A stretch of 64,000 bases of DNA, from contig OZ024743.1 in assembly GCA_964016885.1 (NCBI GenBank), positions 155,682,001 to 155,746,000 of the forward strand, written 5' to 3'. Every line of letters begins with the position of its first letter. Position 1 is the stretch's first letter. Of this stretch, positions 1 to 14,049 are shown in pieces. The stretch is from Eledone cirrhosa. Its lineage: Eukaryota. The notes under the pieces are model-generated. The model was not told the origin of the DNA and did no database searches. It saw only the letters and a program-made list of their open reading frames with translations. The position numbers and the translations under genes were made by a program.

Positions 1-239
1 ATATACATATTTACACATTTTTCGATGGCCGCTGAATCTTATGAATTTTTTCGCCCTGTATCAGGTCTTTTTTTTTGCCTGCAGGGTGTACACAATTACC
101 CTCCTCACCAAGTAAACTTGGTGTTGTTGCCGGTTTAGTCGCCAACAACGCAACCATGCGACAGGTTGTACTGGTTACATGTTACCAGTCGAATTCAAGC
201 GTGATCTGACACATATACATACATATATACGATATCTTA

Positions 240-420
240 TAAGAACTGTTACAGATACCTGGGTATAGATGAGAACATATTCTATAATGGTAATTGTAAT
301 AAGAAACGCATAACCAGGGAATATCACACCTGATTAATAAAGATATGGTCATCGAAACTGTCTGCGCATAATAAAACAGTGGCTCACAATGCGTTTGCTG
401 CAACTGTCCTAACATTAACG
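240..420 (+). mobile_element. Short fragment of an R4/Dong-like non-LTR element (RT thumb region)
   Basis: Manual translation YRYLGIDENIFYNGNCNKKRITREYH*...NKTVAHNAFAATVLTLTFGIL parallels the YKYLG...EYLRRV...AVNSRAVSIIRYSAGIL region of the larger elements downstream. Confidence 0.6.
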
Positions 421-429
421 TTTGGAATA

Positions 430-2783
430 CTAGATTTAACGATACACGAATCTGTGCAATCTCATGAACTATTAGCCCAAATTTACAATGAAATAGTTAA
501 GGGGCAGAAAAGATACCATCATGGCTAGATAACGGCATTACATTCCTGCTTCCGAAGAATGATGAGACAAACAATCCCAAAAATTACAGACCGATAACAT
601 GCTTGACCAAAATGTATAAAATGTTAATATCAGTCCTAACTGAATATACATATGACCACCTGATAATAAATGATATATTTCCCAATGAGCAGAAAGGGTG
701 TAAACGAGGCTCATATGGCTATAAGGATCAGTTTTTGGTTAACAAAATGATACTGGAAGATTGTCATAATAGACACAAAAATCTATCAATTGCGTGGATA
801 GATTATAAAAAAGCATTCGATAGTTTGCCAAACAGTTGAATTGAAAAATGTTTAGAGATTTTCAAAATATTTCCCGTTTGCAGGAGGTTCCTGTCATTCA
901 GTATGAAGACATGGAAAACGACACTCCTTTTGAATAGCGAAAGAAATCACTGGAAGCTGGAGAAGTTAATATTAATTGTGGAATTTTTCAGAGTGACTCT
1001 TTATCACCGCTTTTATTCTGCATCGCACTTATACCATTAAGTAAAATGCTCAATGAAACAAAACATGGATATAAAGTTCATGACAAAACCATTACTCACT
1101 TGTTCTACATGGATAACCTGAAACTATTTGCAAATGTGGAGCAATGCAGTGATGACATTAAAATGGAGTTTGGACTAGATAAATCCGCCAAAGCAACGTT
1201 CACCAGAGGAAAGCTGCTGAAAAGTTCAGACATTAATATTGATCGGGGGAATGTGATAAGAGAACTTGATCAAGTGGAAACTTACAAATATCTAGGTGTT
1301 TGTGAAGGAGACGGAATCAAGCACTCGACAATGAGGTAAAGGATAAGGAAATAATATTACCGCAGAGTAAGAGCAATCTTAAGAACGGAATTGAATGCAA
1401 GGAATGGGATCGATGTCATAAACACGCTTGCCATACCAGTAGTAACTTACAGTTACAATGTGATCAACTGGTCAAGGACAGGGATCCGTAGGCTCGATAC
1501 AAAAATTAGAAAAGGCTTAACCATGCACAAAATGCATCACCCTAAGGCAGACACATATATAATATATCTCCCTAGGAAAGAAGGAGGACGTGGGTTAATC
1601 CAGTTATATATTGCGGTGAAAACTGCAACAATTGGATTATCTACATATCTAAGGGAATCACATGATTGGATGATCAAACTCGTTTTGAAACACGAAAGCA
1701 TCAAAAGATCATATTCCATTACAAAAGATGCACAAAGATACAGTAATGGACTACAAATTTCAGAAGTCCCATTTACTGCTGAAATGGAAAACACAGAAAA
1801 AGCAAAGCAGGTAAAAGTAACTGCAAAGAAAGAACTGCTACAGAAACTGGCTAAGAAATGGCAAGAAAAACCTCTGTATGGGAAATACCCAGAAAGAGCT
1901 AACAATCCTGATGTTGACAAAACTTTAAGCAATCAGTGGTTGGCATCCTCTGGACTGAAATCGGAGACTGAAGGACTGATTATATCATCACAAGATCAGT
2001 GTCTGCCAACAAAAAATTACCAAGCCAATATAATAAATAATGGATGCAACCCATTACGTTGTATGTAAAACACAACTACAGACCATTGATCATATAATTT
2101 CAATGTGCAGTCCTATAGCTCCAACCGAATACCTAAACAGGCATGACAGAGCTGCACAATACATGCATTGGATAAAGGTTAAGCATTTTGACCTGCCCCA
2201 TCAAAAGAATTGGTGGGAATATCAACCACCTATCATACTTGACAAATATCACATCTCAATCTTGTGGAACTTTAGCATCCAAACAGACCGAAAAATAGAT
2301 GCAAATAGACCTGATATAATACTTAAGGATTTTAAAAACAGGGTATTCCTGCTAATTGATATGTCTGTTCCAATAGACAAGAATGTATCTATAAAAACAT
2401 TTGAAAAATTGAGCTAGTATAAGGACCTGGAGATAGAAATTGGAAAAATGTGGAAATTGAGAACTAAAACAATACCAGTGGTTGTAGGCGCTCTGGGAAT
2501 GATACCTAAGGGTTCTAATGATTACTCATCGCAAATCCCAGGAAACCCGCGTATATGAGAAATACAAAAGATAGTACTAATGGGAACTGCCCATATACTA
2601 AGGAAGATTCTGTCAATATAAGTACATCACAAGTCTAAACACTAAAGATGCATGTGTGAATATGTATGTTCTTTCTTGAACATGGCGGACCTTGTTGTCT
2701 CTTGAGGTCACTGTTTGTGACTTGGTGATAACTCGTATGAACATAAAGCAAGATAAATGCAACTGTAATAATAATAATAATAA
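430..2783 (+). mobile_element. 5'-truncated, decayed R4/Dong-clade non-LTR retrotransposon (RT + CCHC + restriction-like endonuclease)
   Basis: ORF pieces carry [35 protein letters not shown], the zinc-knuckle/RHD region and NRPDII (PD..D REL motif); ends in a (TAA)n tail at 2766-2783; multiple stops and frameshifts. Confidence 0.9.
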
Positions 2784-3103
2784 TCAAGCTGGAGTCCCAA
2801 ATAATCAGCTTGTGTCCCAAAAAATTCGAATCCAGAATATATTGTTATAACGCTCACATATTCAATTTTGTATTATACATTTTATATTCAAAAATAAAAT
2901 GGTTATAAATGGAAGGAAACCCCCTCTCTCTACAATATATAGAACAGCCAAATAACAGCAATTTCACCAACACCAGAAACTAGATACACCACCTACCCCA
3001 TCACCTCTCTGTGTACACTAAACACAACAGCCCGATAACGGCAATTTTACCACCACCACCACCAATCTCAGCATAATAATAATAATTACTATTACTATTG
3101 CCT

Positions 3104-3830
3104 CAAGTTTTAGTTTTAACAAAATGTTTAATTCCAATAAATGTCAACACATGCACGCGACTAACGATAATTTCACTAAAGATAATTTCAACACCAATAC
3201 CACCACCACTACCACGATGAAAACTCTGGTCAAGTCGACTCAAATTTCTACTCCAACTTCAACACCATCACTACAGTAATACGACCACCTCACCACCACC
3301 GCTGCCTCACTATCGCTATTCTCTCCCACTACCTCCTGCTAGTTGCTGCTAGCACAGCACCGCCATCGCCGCCGCTGCCTCAATATCACTACCGCCGCTA
3401 TTCTCTCCCGCTACCCCCTGCTACATTGTAGAATTCTCACTAAAAGAGGAAAACATCGAAATATATAAATAGACTGAATTGATAACTCGATCAAAATAAA
3501 TATTTAAAAAAAAAAAAAAAAACAATAATCAAAATCAAGTTTTAGTTTTAACAAAGTAATACGACCACATCACCACCACCGCTTCCTCACTATCGCTACC
3601 GCCGCTATTCCCTCCCACTACCCCCTGCTCGTTGCTGCTAGCGCAGCACCGCCACCTCCCCCGCCGCCGCTGCCACAGTATCACTACCGCCGCTATTCTC
3701 TCCCGCTATCCGCTGCTACATTGTAGAATTCCCACTAAAAGAGGAAAATATCAAAATATATAAATAGACTGATTGATGACCCGGTCAATATAAAAAAAAA
3801 AAAAGAAAAACATAAAAAATCAAAATCAAA
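3104..3830. repeat. ACC/GCC-rich local tandem duplication (~280-bp unit)
   Basis: 3277-3530 is repeated at about 3556-3830; a third related copy lies at 14050-14400. Confidence 0.75.
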
Positions 3831-4128
3831 GCAGCACAACAACAACGAAAAACGTAAGGAAATAAAAATGAAGAGAAAAACAAACGGACGGACAGAGAAG
3901 GGAAGGGAAAAACTAAGTCAAACATTCAAACACTACATTACAACGAAACATATGCTTATTCATTTTGGGGGTTTCTTTCTACCTGTTTGTTTTTTTGTTT
4001 GTTTGGGTTCGTCTACAGCGTGATAATCCCACACAGAAGTCACGTGGAGTGACGAAACCACCGGAGACAAGTAATTCACCGATGGTTATGTAACCATACA
4101 TTCACCAATCCTCGATAAGAGTGTTTAA

Positions 4129-7100
4129 ATGTCGAACCTAAACAGTTCGAGTAACGGGGAAATGGAGACTAGAATGTCATGTGACAGACTCTCACCCAAC
4201 AGGTGCTCCCTGGCTCAGCATCAGGGACCTGGCTGTCAACCAAATACTGCTGGTGTCGGAGGAAGAAGAAGAAGGAAAGGGACCAGAACCAACTAGACGA
4301 AAGAATTGAATAGAACTGTTATGCAATGTTACCTGAAGAGTAACCCCAAGGATAAAGGCTATAGGAAAAGGATGCATAACATCTGGAACGAGATTGGTCC
4401 ATTTAAATTAGATGAACAAAAACTGGCCGAGCAGGCTCGGGTAATAAGAACTAATGGGTGGATAAGCGTGCTGGAACTGGAGGAACTGGGCAGAGAGATT
4501 AGCTTGAGATGGAGGGTGGAGTATGCCAGGCAAACGAGCCAGTGGGAAATTAAGGTGAAGAGGTCGAGAGAACGGAGGAACCACACGAAACAGACAATGA
4601 TCTGAATGCTCAGATAAATAATACCTGGAACAAAGATACGGCCACTGAGGAGATGAATGCTGACGGGCTAGGACAAGATTTGGTAGATATCCTAAATTTA
4701 GTGGTAGATGAATTGAACAATGATAGTGGGAGACCTATGAACCTAAGATTTGTAGACAGGAAAAAGTTAAAAGAAACAACAGCTAAGGTAAACAAAGACA
4801 TCCCATAACTTGAGGCGAGGAGCCTTCACCAGTGCAACAATATTCTCAGAGCAACAGCAAATACGGTGAGGAAACTACTTGTTATAAAAGCGAGAGGAAA
4901 CAACAGACAAGAAAGAGCAGAGCCTTGGTGGAAGAAACGACTGAGTGGTCAAATCAGGGAAATGAGAAATGACATTGGAAAGTTTGAGTCCCTACTGAAT
5001 GGGACACTAAAAAACATAGACACTAAAAATAGACTGGACATAAAGTGCAAAACTAGGAGGAAAAAGCTAAATATTATCATAGAGGAACTGAAGCAACGCA
5101 TTGTAGCAAAAAGTGCAAGAATCAGGCGATACGAGAACAGAGTCAGCCAGTATAGACAGAACCGCATGTTCGACAACAACCAGAAAATGCTGTTTGGACA
5201 GCTTGAAGGGAAAGAAAGAGGCAACGACTTGATCCCTGAGGCGGAACAAACTAAAACATTCTGGAGAGGAATATGGGAGCAGGATGTTAAACATAATGAG
5301 CAAGCAGTGTGGATTGAGACAGTACAGAAGGAGATCAGTGAACAGGCACACCAACAAACTGATTTGAGTATCACAGTTGAAACTCTTAAGGGGCAGGCCA
5401 AAAAACTAACCAACTGGAAATCACCTGGCCCAGATGGTGTGCAGGGGTATTGGATTAAACACGTAACATCCCTCCACCCGAAACTGACAACCATGTTCAA
5501 TGACTGCTTGATGTCAGGTGAGGTACCAGAGTGGTTGACAAAAGGTACCACAGTTCTGATAATGAAAGACCGAATCAAGGGTAATGATGTTACCAACTAT
5601 AGACCTATCACATGTCTGTTCGTAATGTGGAAACTGTTAACAAGCATTATGTCTGAGGAAATCTACCATCACCTCAAAACAAACAACTTGTTACCGGACG
5701 AACAGAAAGGATGCCGAAAGAAGTCACGTGGTAGAAAGGACCAGTTACTTATTGATAAGATGGTAATGAGGAATTGCAAGAGGAGACACACTGGTCTTGC
5801 CATGGAATGGATAGACTACAAAAAGGCATTTGACATGGTGCCTCATTCTTGGATCACCAAAAGCCTGGAGATCTTCAAGTTGGCAGATAACATCAGGCAG
5901 TTGTTGGGCAAAAGTATGAAGTCCTGGGAAACAGAGTTAACATCAACTGGAGAATCCTTAGGAAGCGTGAAGATCAAGAGAGATATCTTCCAGGGAGATA
6001 GTCTGTCCCCTCTGTTGTTTGTTCCTTGCCCTGATGCCCCTGACCAGCGTACTGCAAAAAGTGAGAGCAGGATACAGGTTGGGAAAAGGAGGGCTTACCA
6101 TCAATCACCTCCTCTTCATGGACGATCTTAAGCTCTTCGGGAAGAGTGAGAAGGAGTTGGATGTGCTTGTTGACACTGTCCGTATTTTCAGCAATGATAT
6201 ATGTATGCAATTTGGTATTAGTAAGTGTAGAGTCTTGTGATGAGGAGGGGTAAGTTGAGCAGAAGTAACGGAATCCAGATACAAACTAGTGAGATGATAA
6301 AAGAAATTGACTCTGAAGAAGGATACAAGTATTTAGGCGTTCTGGAGGCTGATGACATCAAGAACAAAAAAATGAAGGAATTGATAAGAACTGAATACCT
6401 TCGGAGAGTAAGGAGCGTATTAAAGTCACATCTGAACAGTAGGAATGCCATAAGTGCAGTAAATTCCCGAGCTGTGTCTATTATTAGGTACAGTGCGGGA
6501 ATTCTGAGATAGAATGTTGCTGAACAAAAAGAAATGGATAGGAAGACTAGGAAGCTATTGACTATCTACAATGTGTTCCACAAGAGGAGTGATGTCGATA
6601 GACTCTACTTAAGGAGATCTGAGGGTGGAAGAGGTCTTATCAGCATAGAGTACTGTGTTCTGATGGAGAAAATCAACCTACACAAATACGTGACTGATAG
6701 TAAGGAGCCAATGCTCAGAGCTGTACTGAAGGAGGGGACAATAGGCTAGGGGATGTCCAAGGAAGAAATACAGGAGCAGGTCCTAAAAACCAAGTGGTTG
6801 AAGCACCATATTTACAAGGAGGAGGCTAGCCCACTGTGCAGGATATGTGAAGAGGGAGAGGAGACTGTGGCTCACATTGTATCCGAGTGTAAACAACTAG
6901 CCCAGACTCACTATAAGGGCTGGAGACATGATGTGATGGGCAGGGTGATCAACTGGCACCTATGCAAAGTAAACAATTTACCACTTTCTGAGAAGTGGTA
7001 TGAGCATAAGCCAAAGGCGGTGATAGAAAACGATCAGGTGAAGGTGCTGTGGGATTTTAGGATACAGACGGACAAGAAACTGGAACACAATAGACCTGAC

Positions 7101-7497
7101 CTGGTGGTTTGGGACAAAGAAAAAAGATTGTGCCTGATTGTGGATGTGGCCTGCCCATTCGACACGAGAGTGCAAGAGAAGGAGAGGGAGAAAATTAACC
7201 GATACCAGGACTTAAAGTGGGAGGTAAAAAGCATTTGGAACTGCCATGAAGTCAAATTGTCATAGACGCACTAGGGACTATCTCAAAAAGTTTCCAGGGA
7301 TGGTTAAAGAAAATTGGCCCCGCCACGCTTTTTGGAACGCTTCAAATGGCATGCTTGCTGGGAACAGCAAGTACCCTCCGATACGTCCTGAATATCTGAG
7401 GCTGCAGGTAGTGGCTTGATATTCATCTCAACAAACTTTCCAGTTAACTAACATCAATGACTGAGACTCAAAGAATAATAATAATAATAATAATAAT
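4129..7497 (+). mobile_element. Near full-length decayed R4/Dong-clade non-LTR retrotransposon
   Basis: N-terminal VMQCY..S.P...GYRKRM..IW motif; ORF 4866-6131 with [36 protein letters not shown]; then LFMDDLK, YKYLG, CRIC..ETVAHIVSEC, RHD, NRPDLVV; (TAA)n tail at 7474-7497. Confidence 0.93.
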
Positions 7498-7686
7498 TGT
7501 TTCTACATTTAGGCACAAGGCCAGCAATTACCCAGTGCATTACTGGTACTTTATGTTATCGACCCCGTAAGGATGAAAGGCAAAGTTAACCTCGGCGGGA
7601 TTTGAACTCAGAATGGCAAGGGCCGTAACTCTATGCTTCAAAGTATGGCGTCCGTCCCCCAACCGATACTGCCAATCCATCGCCCT
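7498..7686 (-). mobile_element. tRNA-derived SINE with Deu/Nin-like central domain
   Basis: Minus strand has A box TGGCAGTATCGG, B box GAGTTCAAATCC, core CCTTTCATCCTTACGGGGTCGATAA and an (ATT)n tail; at least 6 copies in the window. Confidence 0.8.
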
Positions 7687-7959
7687 TGGCATGTAATAAT
7701 AATAATAATAATAATAATGCTTTCTTTATTAACCACAAGGGTCTACATAAAGTAGAGATTAAAGACAGTACAGGACAATACAGGGCGGTACTAATGGGCA
7801 TTTCTTAGTGTAAAAAAAACAAGGAACAGAGGATGTAATAATAGAACAATGAAAAAATTCCCCAATAGGGGGGAGACTTCCAAGGGACATTCGTGGAAAA
7901 AGCCCATTAAAAAAACACAGTGACCCTGACCACCAGGGCAAGTGCACTCTCCCAGTTTT

Positions 7960-10900
7960 CCACCTTTAATTTACAGACACATACCCAGAGTAGGCCCATT
8001 CACTCGGGCCATTCTTGCCTCTCTCACCCATCTTTCAACAAAATGTTGGGAAGAGAGCACTTCCTCTCTACCCTGATTTTCCTTTTCAAATGAAATTTAA
8101 AAAGGTTTATCAGGGCAACACCGAAGATGTAAGTGCTCGTCTTCAGCCCTGTCAAACGTGTCCACCATACTATCACTTTCGCCATGGACACCACAGATGA
8201 AAACTGCCTGCCCTTCCCGGCTAAATGAAGAGGGCGGGGCAATCCTCACGATGGACTCAGCTGATAGCTGGATCCGTCCTACACGCGACAGCAGGTGTTC
8301 GACATAAACCCACAAGTCAGCAATGCTCGGACACTGGATGAGTGCGTGCAGGACGGTTTCGTCGCCCTGCGTGCATCTCGGACATGCCCGGCTGACGGCA
8401 CATCCATGCCTGTAGAGTTTATCCCGAACTGGAAAAGCTCCTCAGTAGCACTGCCAGGCGAGGGACGATTTCTAGAAGTTGTCCATAGGTTCCGGCCAGA
8501 AAGTTCTTCCGAAGAGATTAGGCTAGTTGATTTTCGTCGATGCCTAGAGTTTTCCCAAGTACGTAGACGCTCTTCTCCTCCACTCATCCTCTATAGAACG
8601 CCAAGGTGGAGTTTCCACCGATCACATTGCCCGATTGGTCGAGGGTTGTGAGCGCCTGAAGACATTCTAGTCCCCAAGCGCTCCCTTTTGGTCGTCGCAT
8701 GACCCACGACTAATTCCGTCAAGGAGACGAGCTGCAAAAAGACGCCTCTAGCAAACGCCGACCACACCTGATCACCGTCGAGGAAGAGGTGGAGATGTCG
8801 TAGCCTGAGCGCGTGTCTGCGCATCATCAGCCACGGCATTCCCTGAACTCACGTAGCGGGTGTTGACAGCAGATGCACCGCCTGACCATCGGAGCGCGTC
8901 CCTTCCGCAAAACGCGAAAGAGCAAACGCTCCAGCGCAGTCAGGGGGGCTTAGGACAAGGTACGACGGTCAGGCGGGTGTAGAAGACGGACGCGATGTAC
9001 GCGTTAGCCAACTCCTCTCGACCTATCAGGATAGCTTCCTATCCGCCCATTTCTGGGAGATAGAAGCTACACTGCTCTTCACCTCGTCCCAGTTTTTGTC
9101 CGTTTGGAGGTCCGGAACGAACCAGACCCTTAGCAATTTAACCGGTCCCTCCGTCCAGCTCCTGACGATGCTGTTGGACGGCATGGCCATGCCTCTCCAG
9201 GTGCCGAGCTGCAGGCCCACTGACTTTTCCTGGTTGATCACTGCTCTTGTCACCGCTTCGTATTCTCTTAGTGCAGTGCCGATCGCCTCGATGTGTTTGG
9301 CCTTCGACACCACTACGGTGACATCGTCCGCATATGCTGACACGGAGCTTCCGCATCCAAATTCGCGCAGGCAGCCCCTCGACGCCTACAGTTTGTGCAG
9401 TAAAGGCTCGAGAGTCAATACATACAAGAGGCACGAGAGGGGACATCCTTGGCGGACCGAGCGCATGGTATTGAAGGGTTCTGAAAGGTGACAGTTCACT
9501 CTCACCACAGAGTAGATTTTGCTGTGCATGAGAGCGATCCAGCCTCTGAAGACGAGCACAAAGCTAGCCGCCTTCTGGAATGCCGCTAGATAGCGATGGT
9601 CAACACTATCGAAAGCTTTCGACTGATCTAAATTGATCAAGGACCCACCAGTGCCAGGTTCCCTAGCTACCCTCTCTACGATGTATCGCATGAGGTGGAG
9701 GTTGTCGTGGATGTATCTGTCGGGAATGGCGCATCTCTTCGCCTCTCCCACCAGACCACCAACGACAAGCACCAACCTCTTTGCTAGCACCTTGGCCAAA
9801 ATCTTGAACTCTGTGTTTAGCAGAGTTGTGTGCCTGAAATTATCAATGTTATGCCCCCCCCCCCCCTTGTTCGGATCCGTTCTCTGCAGCGCCACCGCTC
9901 CTCAGCTCACACAGCCGGGAATTCTCCATTATGTTGCCAGTTACAGTAGACGTCCGCCAAGAGGCCTCCGAACTAATCTGGCATATGTACGTAAAGGTCA
10001 TAGGGCAGACCACCAAACCAGGCGATTTACCCTTTGTGCAGCCAGTCATTGCCTCCCCTACATCAGCGGATGTTATCGACTTTTCGCAAATAATCGCCTC
10101 ATTGGCAGAGAGCCGCGGCAGTCCATCGAGGTAGACACTAAAGTCCATCCCTCGACCCGGCCCACCGCTGCCCCCGAAGATCTGAGCGAAGTGTCGCTGA
10201 AAAGCTTCACACTTTTGCCCGGGATCGAGTAGCATGCGCCCGTCGTGGTCCAACAACGACCGGATCGTGGCTTTGTTGCACCGACGCGCCTCCGCCACTC
10301 GGGCCCATTGAACGGCTTTCGTCTCCTCGTGTCTGAGAGCACGCACGCTAGCTCTGACAACGCAGCTTTCGTGCTTCGCATTGAAGAATTGGTCAAGGGC
10401 CAATTTCGCTGCAAGTACGTCGGTCGCGATGCCTTTGCTAAGCGCCTCGTCTAATTTTCTAACTAGTTCTACCTCTACTCTATTATTCTATATTGCTAAG
10501 CCTTACTAAACCTAATGGACTCTATTCTAATCACTTTTTTCAGAGCAATCCACCACTTGTTGTTCACGAATTTTCCCGTCAACGCCCGCTCAACTAGTTC
10601 GCTAATCCGGTCCCTGTAGGCCTTGTGCGCTGGTAAGGACGCGTTTAGCTTCCAGTGGCCGGGACCTCGTCTATGAAGCCTATCTAAGTCAATCACAAAG
10701 ATCACGAATTTGTGGTTGGTGTAGCTGACTATCTTGAATTGTGGACAGCCTATGCTAGACCTATCTATTTCCCTACAAAATACTCTATCTAGATATGATC
10801 TGTATGACCCTACGCGGTTTGTCCAAGTCCACATTGGCACATTCAGGAAATCCAATCGGTACCTGTCAGACAGTTGAAAACGCCTGAGCAGGTTGGTGAG

Positions 10901-11392
10901 GCTCTTGCACCCTCCTCCCCTAACCGCTAATCCCACACAGTCCCAGCGTGCATCTAAAATCCCGTTCCAGTCGCCCACTAATAGTAAAGAGCGGGACATT
11001 CCAAGAAAGGCCTCCAGACCCTGGAAGAAATAAGGTCGCGCTGCTCCAGTTGGGGCATAGACGGCCACTAGCCTGAAAGCTTGCCCGTCTCCGCTGCTCA
11101 CGTCCAGCACCATCAACTTACCTTCTGGGTCCAGGAAGATGGCCCGTATGGCGAGATCCAAACCTCTCCGAAAAAGCACAGCAACTCCTACCCCCGATCC
11201 AGGACGGCTGTCAGATGCGTACACATCGTAGCCACCGAAGATCGGTGCGAAGGCCCGTGCTTCGGAGAATCTGTTCTCGCTGATGGCCACTACATCTATG
11301 TTTACTGACCTGATGTCGTTGAGCAGGCGGCCCTGCTTCCATGGCGACCCCAAACCATGTTGATTTATGCTGCCTATTCTGAGTGAGGTCAT
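7960..11392 (-). pseudogene. Tx1/L1 ORF2: apurinic-like endonuclease + reverse transcriptase, frameshifted
   Basis: ORF 10496-11392 has SINQHGL, AISE, AVYAP, GDWN, SYLDRVF, TNHK, GPGHWKLN; downstream pieces have KSPG, LLNTEFKILAKVLA, LDQSKAFD, VRQGCPLS, AYADDVT. Confidence 0.92.
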
Positions 11393-11470
11393 GTTGAAAT
11401 AGAGTGGAAAAGATTCGAAAGAATACGTACCTTACTTTTCGTAGAGGAAGGATGGTTTCTCCATCCCTTT

Positions 11471-13565
11471 TCATTTGATCGTGTGGTGAAGGGACCGTTG
11501 AATCGTTGGTCGGCTTGTCGCCGGCTCTTCTATGAGTATGTCCGAATATACTCTTCGATTGAGAGTCCCTCCTAGGCCTCTGAAATCACCAACTGCGTTG
11601 GGGAATTTCGTTTTAATGTTTCTGTATTGTTTCTGTGCTATTCTTACCAGTCTTATGTTCGTTGGTGTTTTGATTGGTACTGGTATTATGTAGTTGTGCT
11701 GTGAAATGTCTGTGTGTTCAATTATGTAAGTCATTAGTTTCTTGTTGTGTGTATTTATTGCCGTGCATTTGTTTTTCTGAGGGTGGGGTGTCGTTCTGCT
11801 ATTTTCTTGTCGTTGTTGCTGGGTGTGAGTGTTTTATTGTGTTTGCGATGTTGGGGATTGTGGTTGTGGTGTTGAAGTTATTGTTGTAGTTGGCGGTGGA
11901 GTTGTCGCCGGTGGTGAAGGTGGTGCTAGTGTGGGTGGTGATGGTGTTGGTGGTGTTGCTGCTGTAAGTCTCCTTGCAGCTGCCTTTACCACTTTTCATT
12001 TCTTTCCTCCCTTTTCGAAGGCGACGATGCGCTGCTTCTGCGTTTGTGCCTTCTTGCAACCTTTTGCCATCCCTCTCCCCCCTCACACTCCATGTCTGAT
12101 TCTGGGAGGTCGGGGAGGGGTTCCAGCTCCACTCTTTCACTTATTTTTGTTGGTGAAGTTTGCAGTGGAGTCTCTGTTGCAACTGCAGTTGGTATTACTG
12201 TTGTTGTTGTTGTTAATACTTCAACTGCTGCTGATGTTCCTGATTTCCGTGGCGTGGGCATGGGTGGCACGGACCTATCGTTCCTGGTTGCCGCTTGTCC
12301 TGTTGCTGGTAGCAGTGGAGCCGGTTTCGGAAGGAGGGGGTTTTCTCCTTTCTCAGGGTATTCTCATCGCAGAAGGCCCTGGGGTTAGTCTTCGATCCAC
12401 AGCGAAAGCATTTCGGGAGTTTGCGCTCAACACTTATGGGCAGTTGAGTGCCGTTATCGAAGTCTATCACATCCGGGATAGCTTCGATGCACTCCTGGTT
12501 GGTTTGGATTAACATCTCAATGGAGGTGCCGCCCCAATCTTCTCTTACTTTTTTCTGTACTTGAGTACAGTTGTTTTGTCCACGATTCCTACGAGGACAG
12601 ACTCGGCCAGCCAAGAAGGGGCCATCCCGAGGAGGGGGGGTGGGTTATGTGGGTCAGTTTGACCCTCACCATTTTTTGCCCGCAGTGGGAGGGCACTAAC
12701 ACCATTTCCTCGCTCCTTAGGGTCACTAAGGATTGAGCCTTTGCCTCCTGTTGTGTGGCAAAAGCACGTCTACGGTGGCATATTTCTTGCCTCGGGTGAT
12801 ATGCGTTTTCCGCTACCACACAGACCCTAAGGCTTTTTGTATTTGAGCCTATGTGGTTCTTTCAACCGTACGGGATTGTGTGTTTACTGTACGGTACGTG
12901 ACCGTACAGTGCTGTTGGTTTTCGAAAAAATGTTCGGCTGCCTTGCAGATTGCTCGCCGTCCGGTTTTCGTAACCATCTTCTTTGCTTCCTGTAATTCCT
13001 CATTTGTTATAAGGATGGTTTCCACGTTCTTTGCGATACCTGCAAACGAGATTGGTTTTTCTTTCTTGTTGTTGTTGTTGTCGTCAGAGCTGCTGTTACT
13101 TTTGTTGTTGCTGCTGGTACTACGACTGCCGCCACCGCTGTTGCTGTGGTTGTTGTTGTTGTTGCTGCTGCTGCTGGTGTTGTTTATGCTGCTGCTGATG
13201 CTGTTGCGGCTGTTACTATTGTTTTCCTTGTCACTGTTGCTGCTGCTGCTGTTATTACGGCTGCTACTGCTATTATTCATGACGTCAGACGAATGAAATG
13301 GCTTTCCGTATTTACCGCACATATTATTCGTCGTTGTCGTCGTCGTGGAGAAATGTTCGTCGGTTTGCACGTACTCGAGGAAACTATCAGAAACTATATT
13401 TTTCTTTTTCTTTACTGGCGTCACTTGCGAAAGAGACGGGAGGGAGAGAGACACATTTAGAGAAGGGAGCGAGAGAGACAATCTTCTCTCTGATGTAGTG
13501 ACGATTGAGGAAGAAGAAGACGGAATGAGTGGGAATGACTTGTGAACATTCTTTTTTGTAGCCAT
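11471..13565 (-). pseudogene. Tx1/L1 ORF1 with N/S-rich low-complexity N-terminus and zinc-knuckle remnant
   Basis: ATG at 13565; poly-Asn/Ser tract; KCFRCGSK..PRAFC knuckle near 12380-12420; homologous to ORF1 pieces at 19620-21377. Confidence 0.75.
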
Positions 13566-14049
13566 GTTTTTTTTTGGATTTAAAATGAATATTGGGCAGA
13601 AAACCCCAATAAGCGGTTATTTAACCCCGAAGGGCCAAATAACGGGCAGAAAGACCCCTCTCACGAGGAGGAGGGTGTTTTTATCTACAATTTGGTTAAA
13701 CTTTTAAACAATTGACAATTGTTATAGCGGTTAAAAATTACTGTACCTTACAGAGCCGAGCATCCGTCAACCATGGCATTCAATAATAATCATATTAATA
13801 ATAGGGAAGAAAACGCACATGATGGATATATATCACTAGGGAATCGATCGCTCCTGTAAGTTTTTGATTTTTACTTATTTAAAATAACTGTGATAGAATA
13901 ATTCTTATTACAAATGAAATATAAGATTACAGTTTTCGACTTCAGCAGGCAACAACACATCACATTACGGCATAGGGCCCAAATATTTAATATTTAATTT
14001 TGGATAAGAAATGTTATAGTCGAAAAAGAGAAAATGGCTAAGTGGACAG

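Larger units (their letters stand above)
7719..13790 (-). mobile_element. Near full-length decayed Tx1/L1-clade non-LTR retrotransposon (ORF1 + APE-RT ORF2)
   Basis: 3' end AATAAAGAAAGC abuts (ATT)n; 5' end is near a TAA-rich tract at 13781-13803; ORF1 and ORF2 remnants as listed below. Confidence 0.9.

Noticed and set aside
4183-4240. HDV-like ribozyme at the 5' end of the Dong-like element
   Set aside because: Only a nested hairpin (GACAG/CTGTC, CAGG/CCTG, TCCCTG/CAGGGA) is evident; the double pseudoknot could not be built
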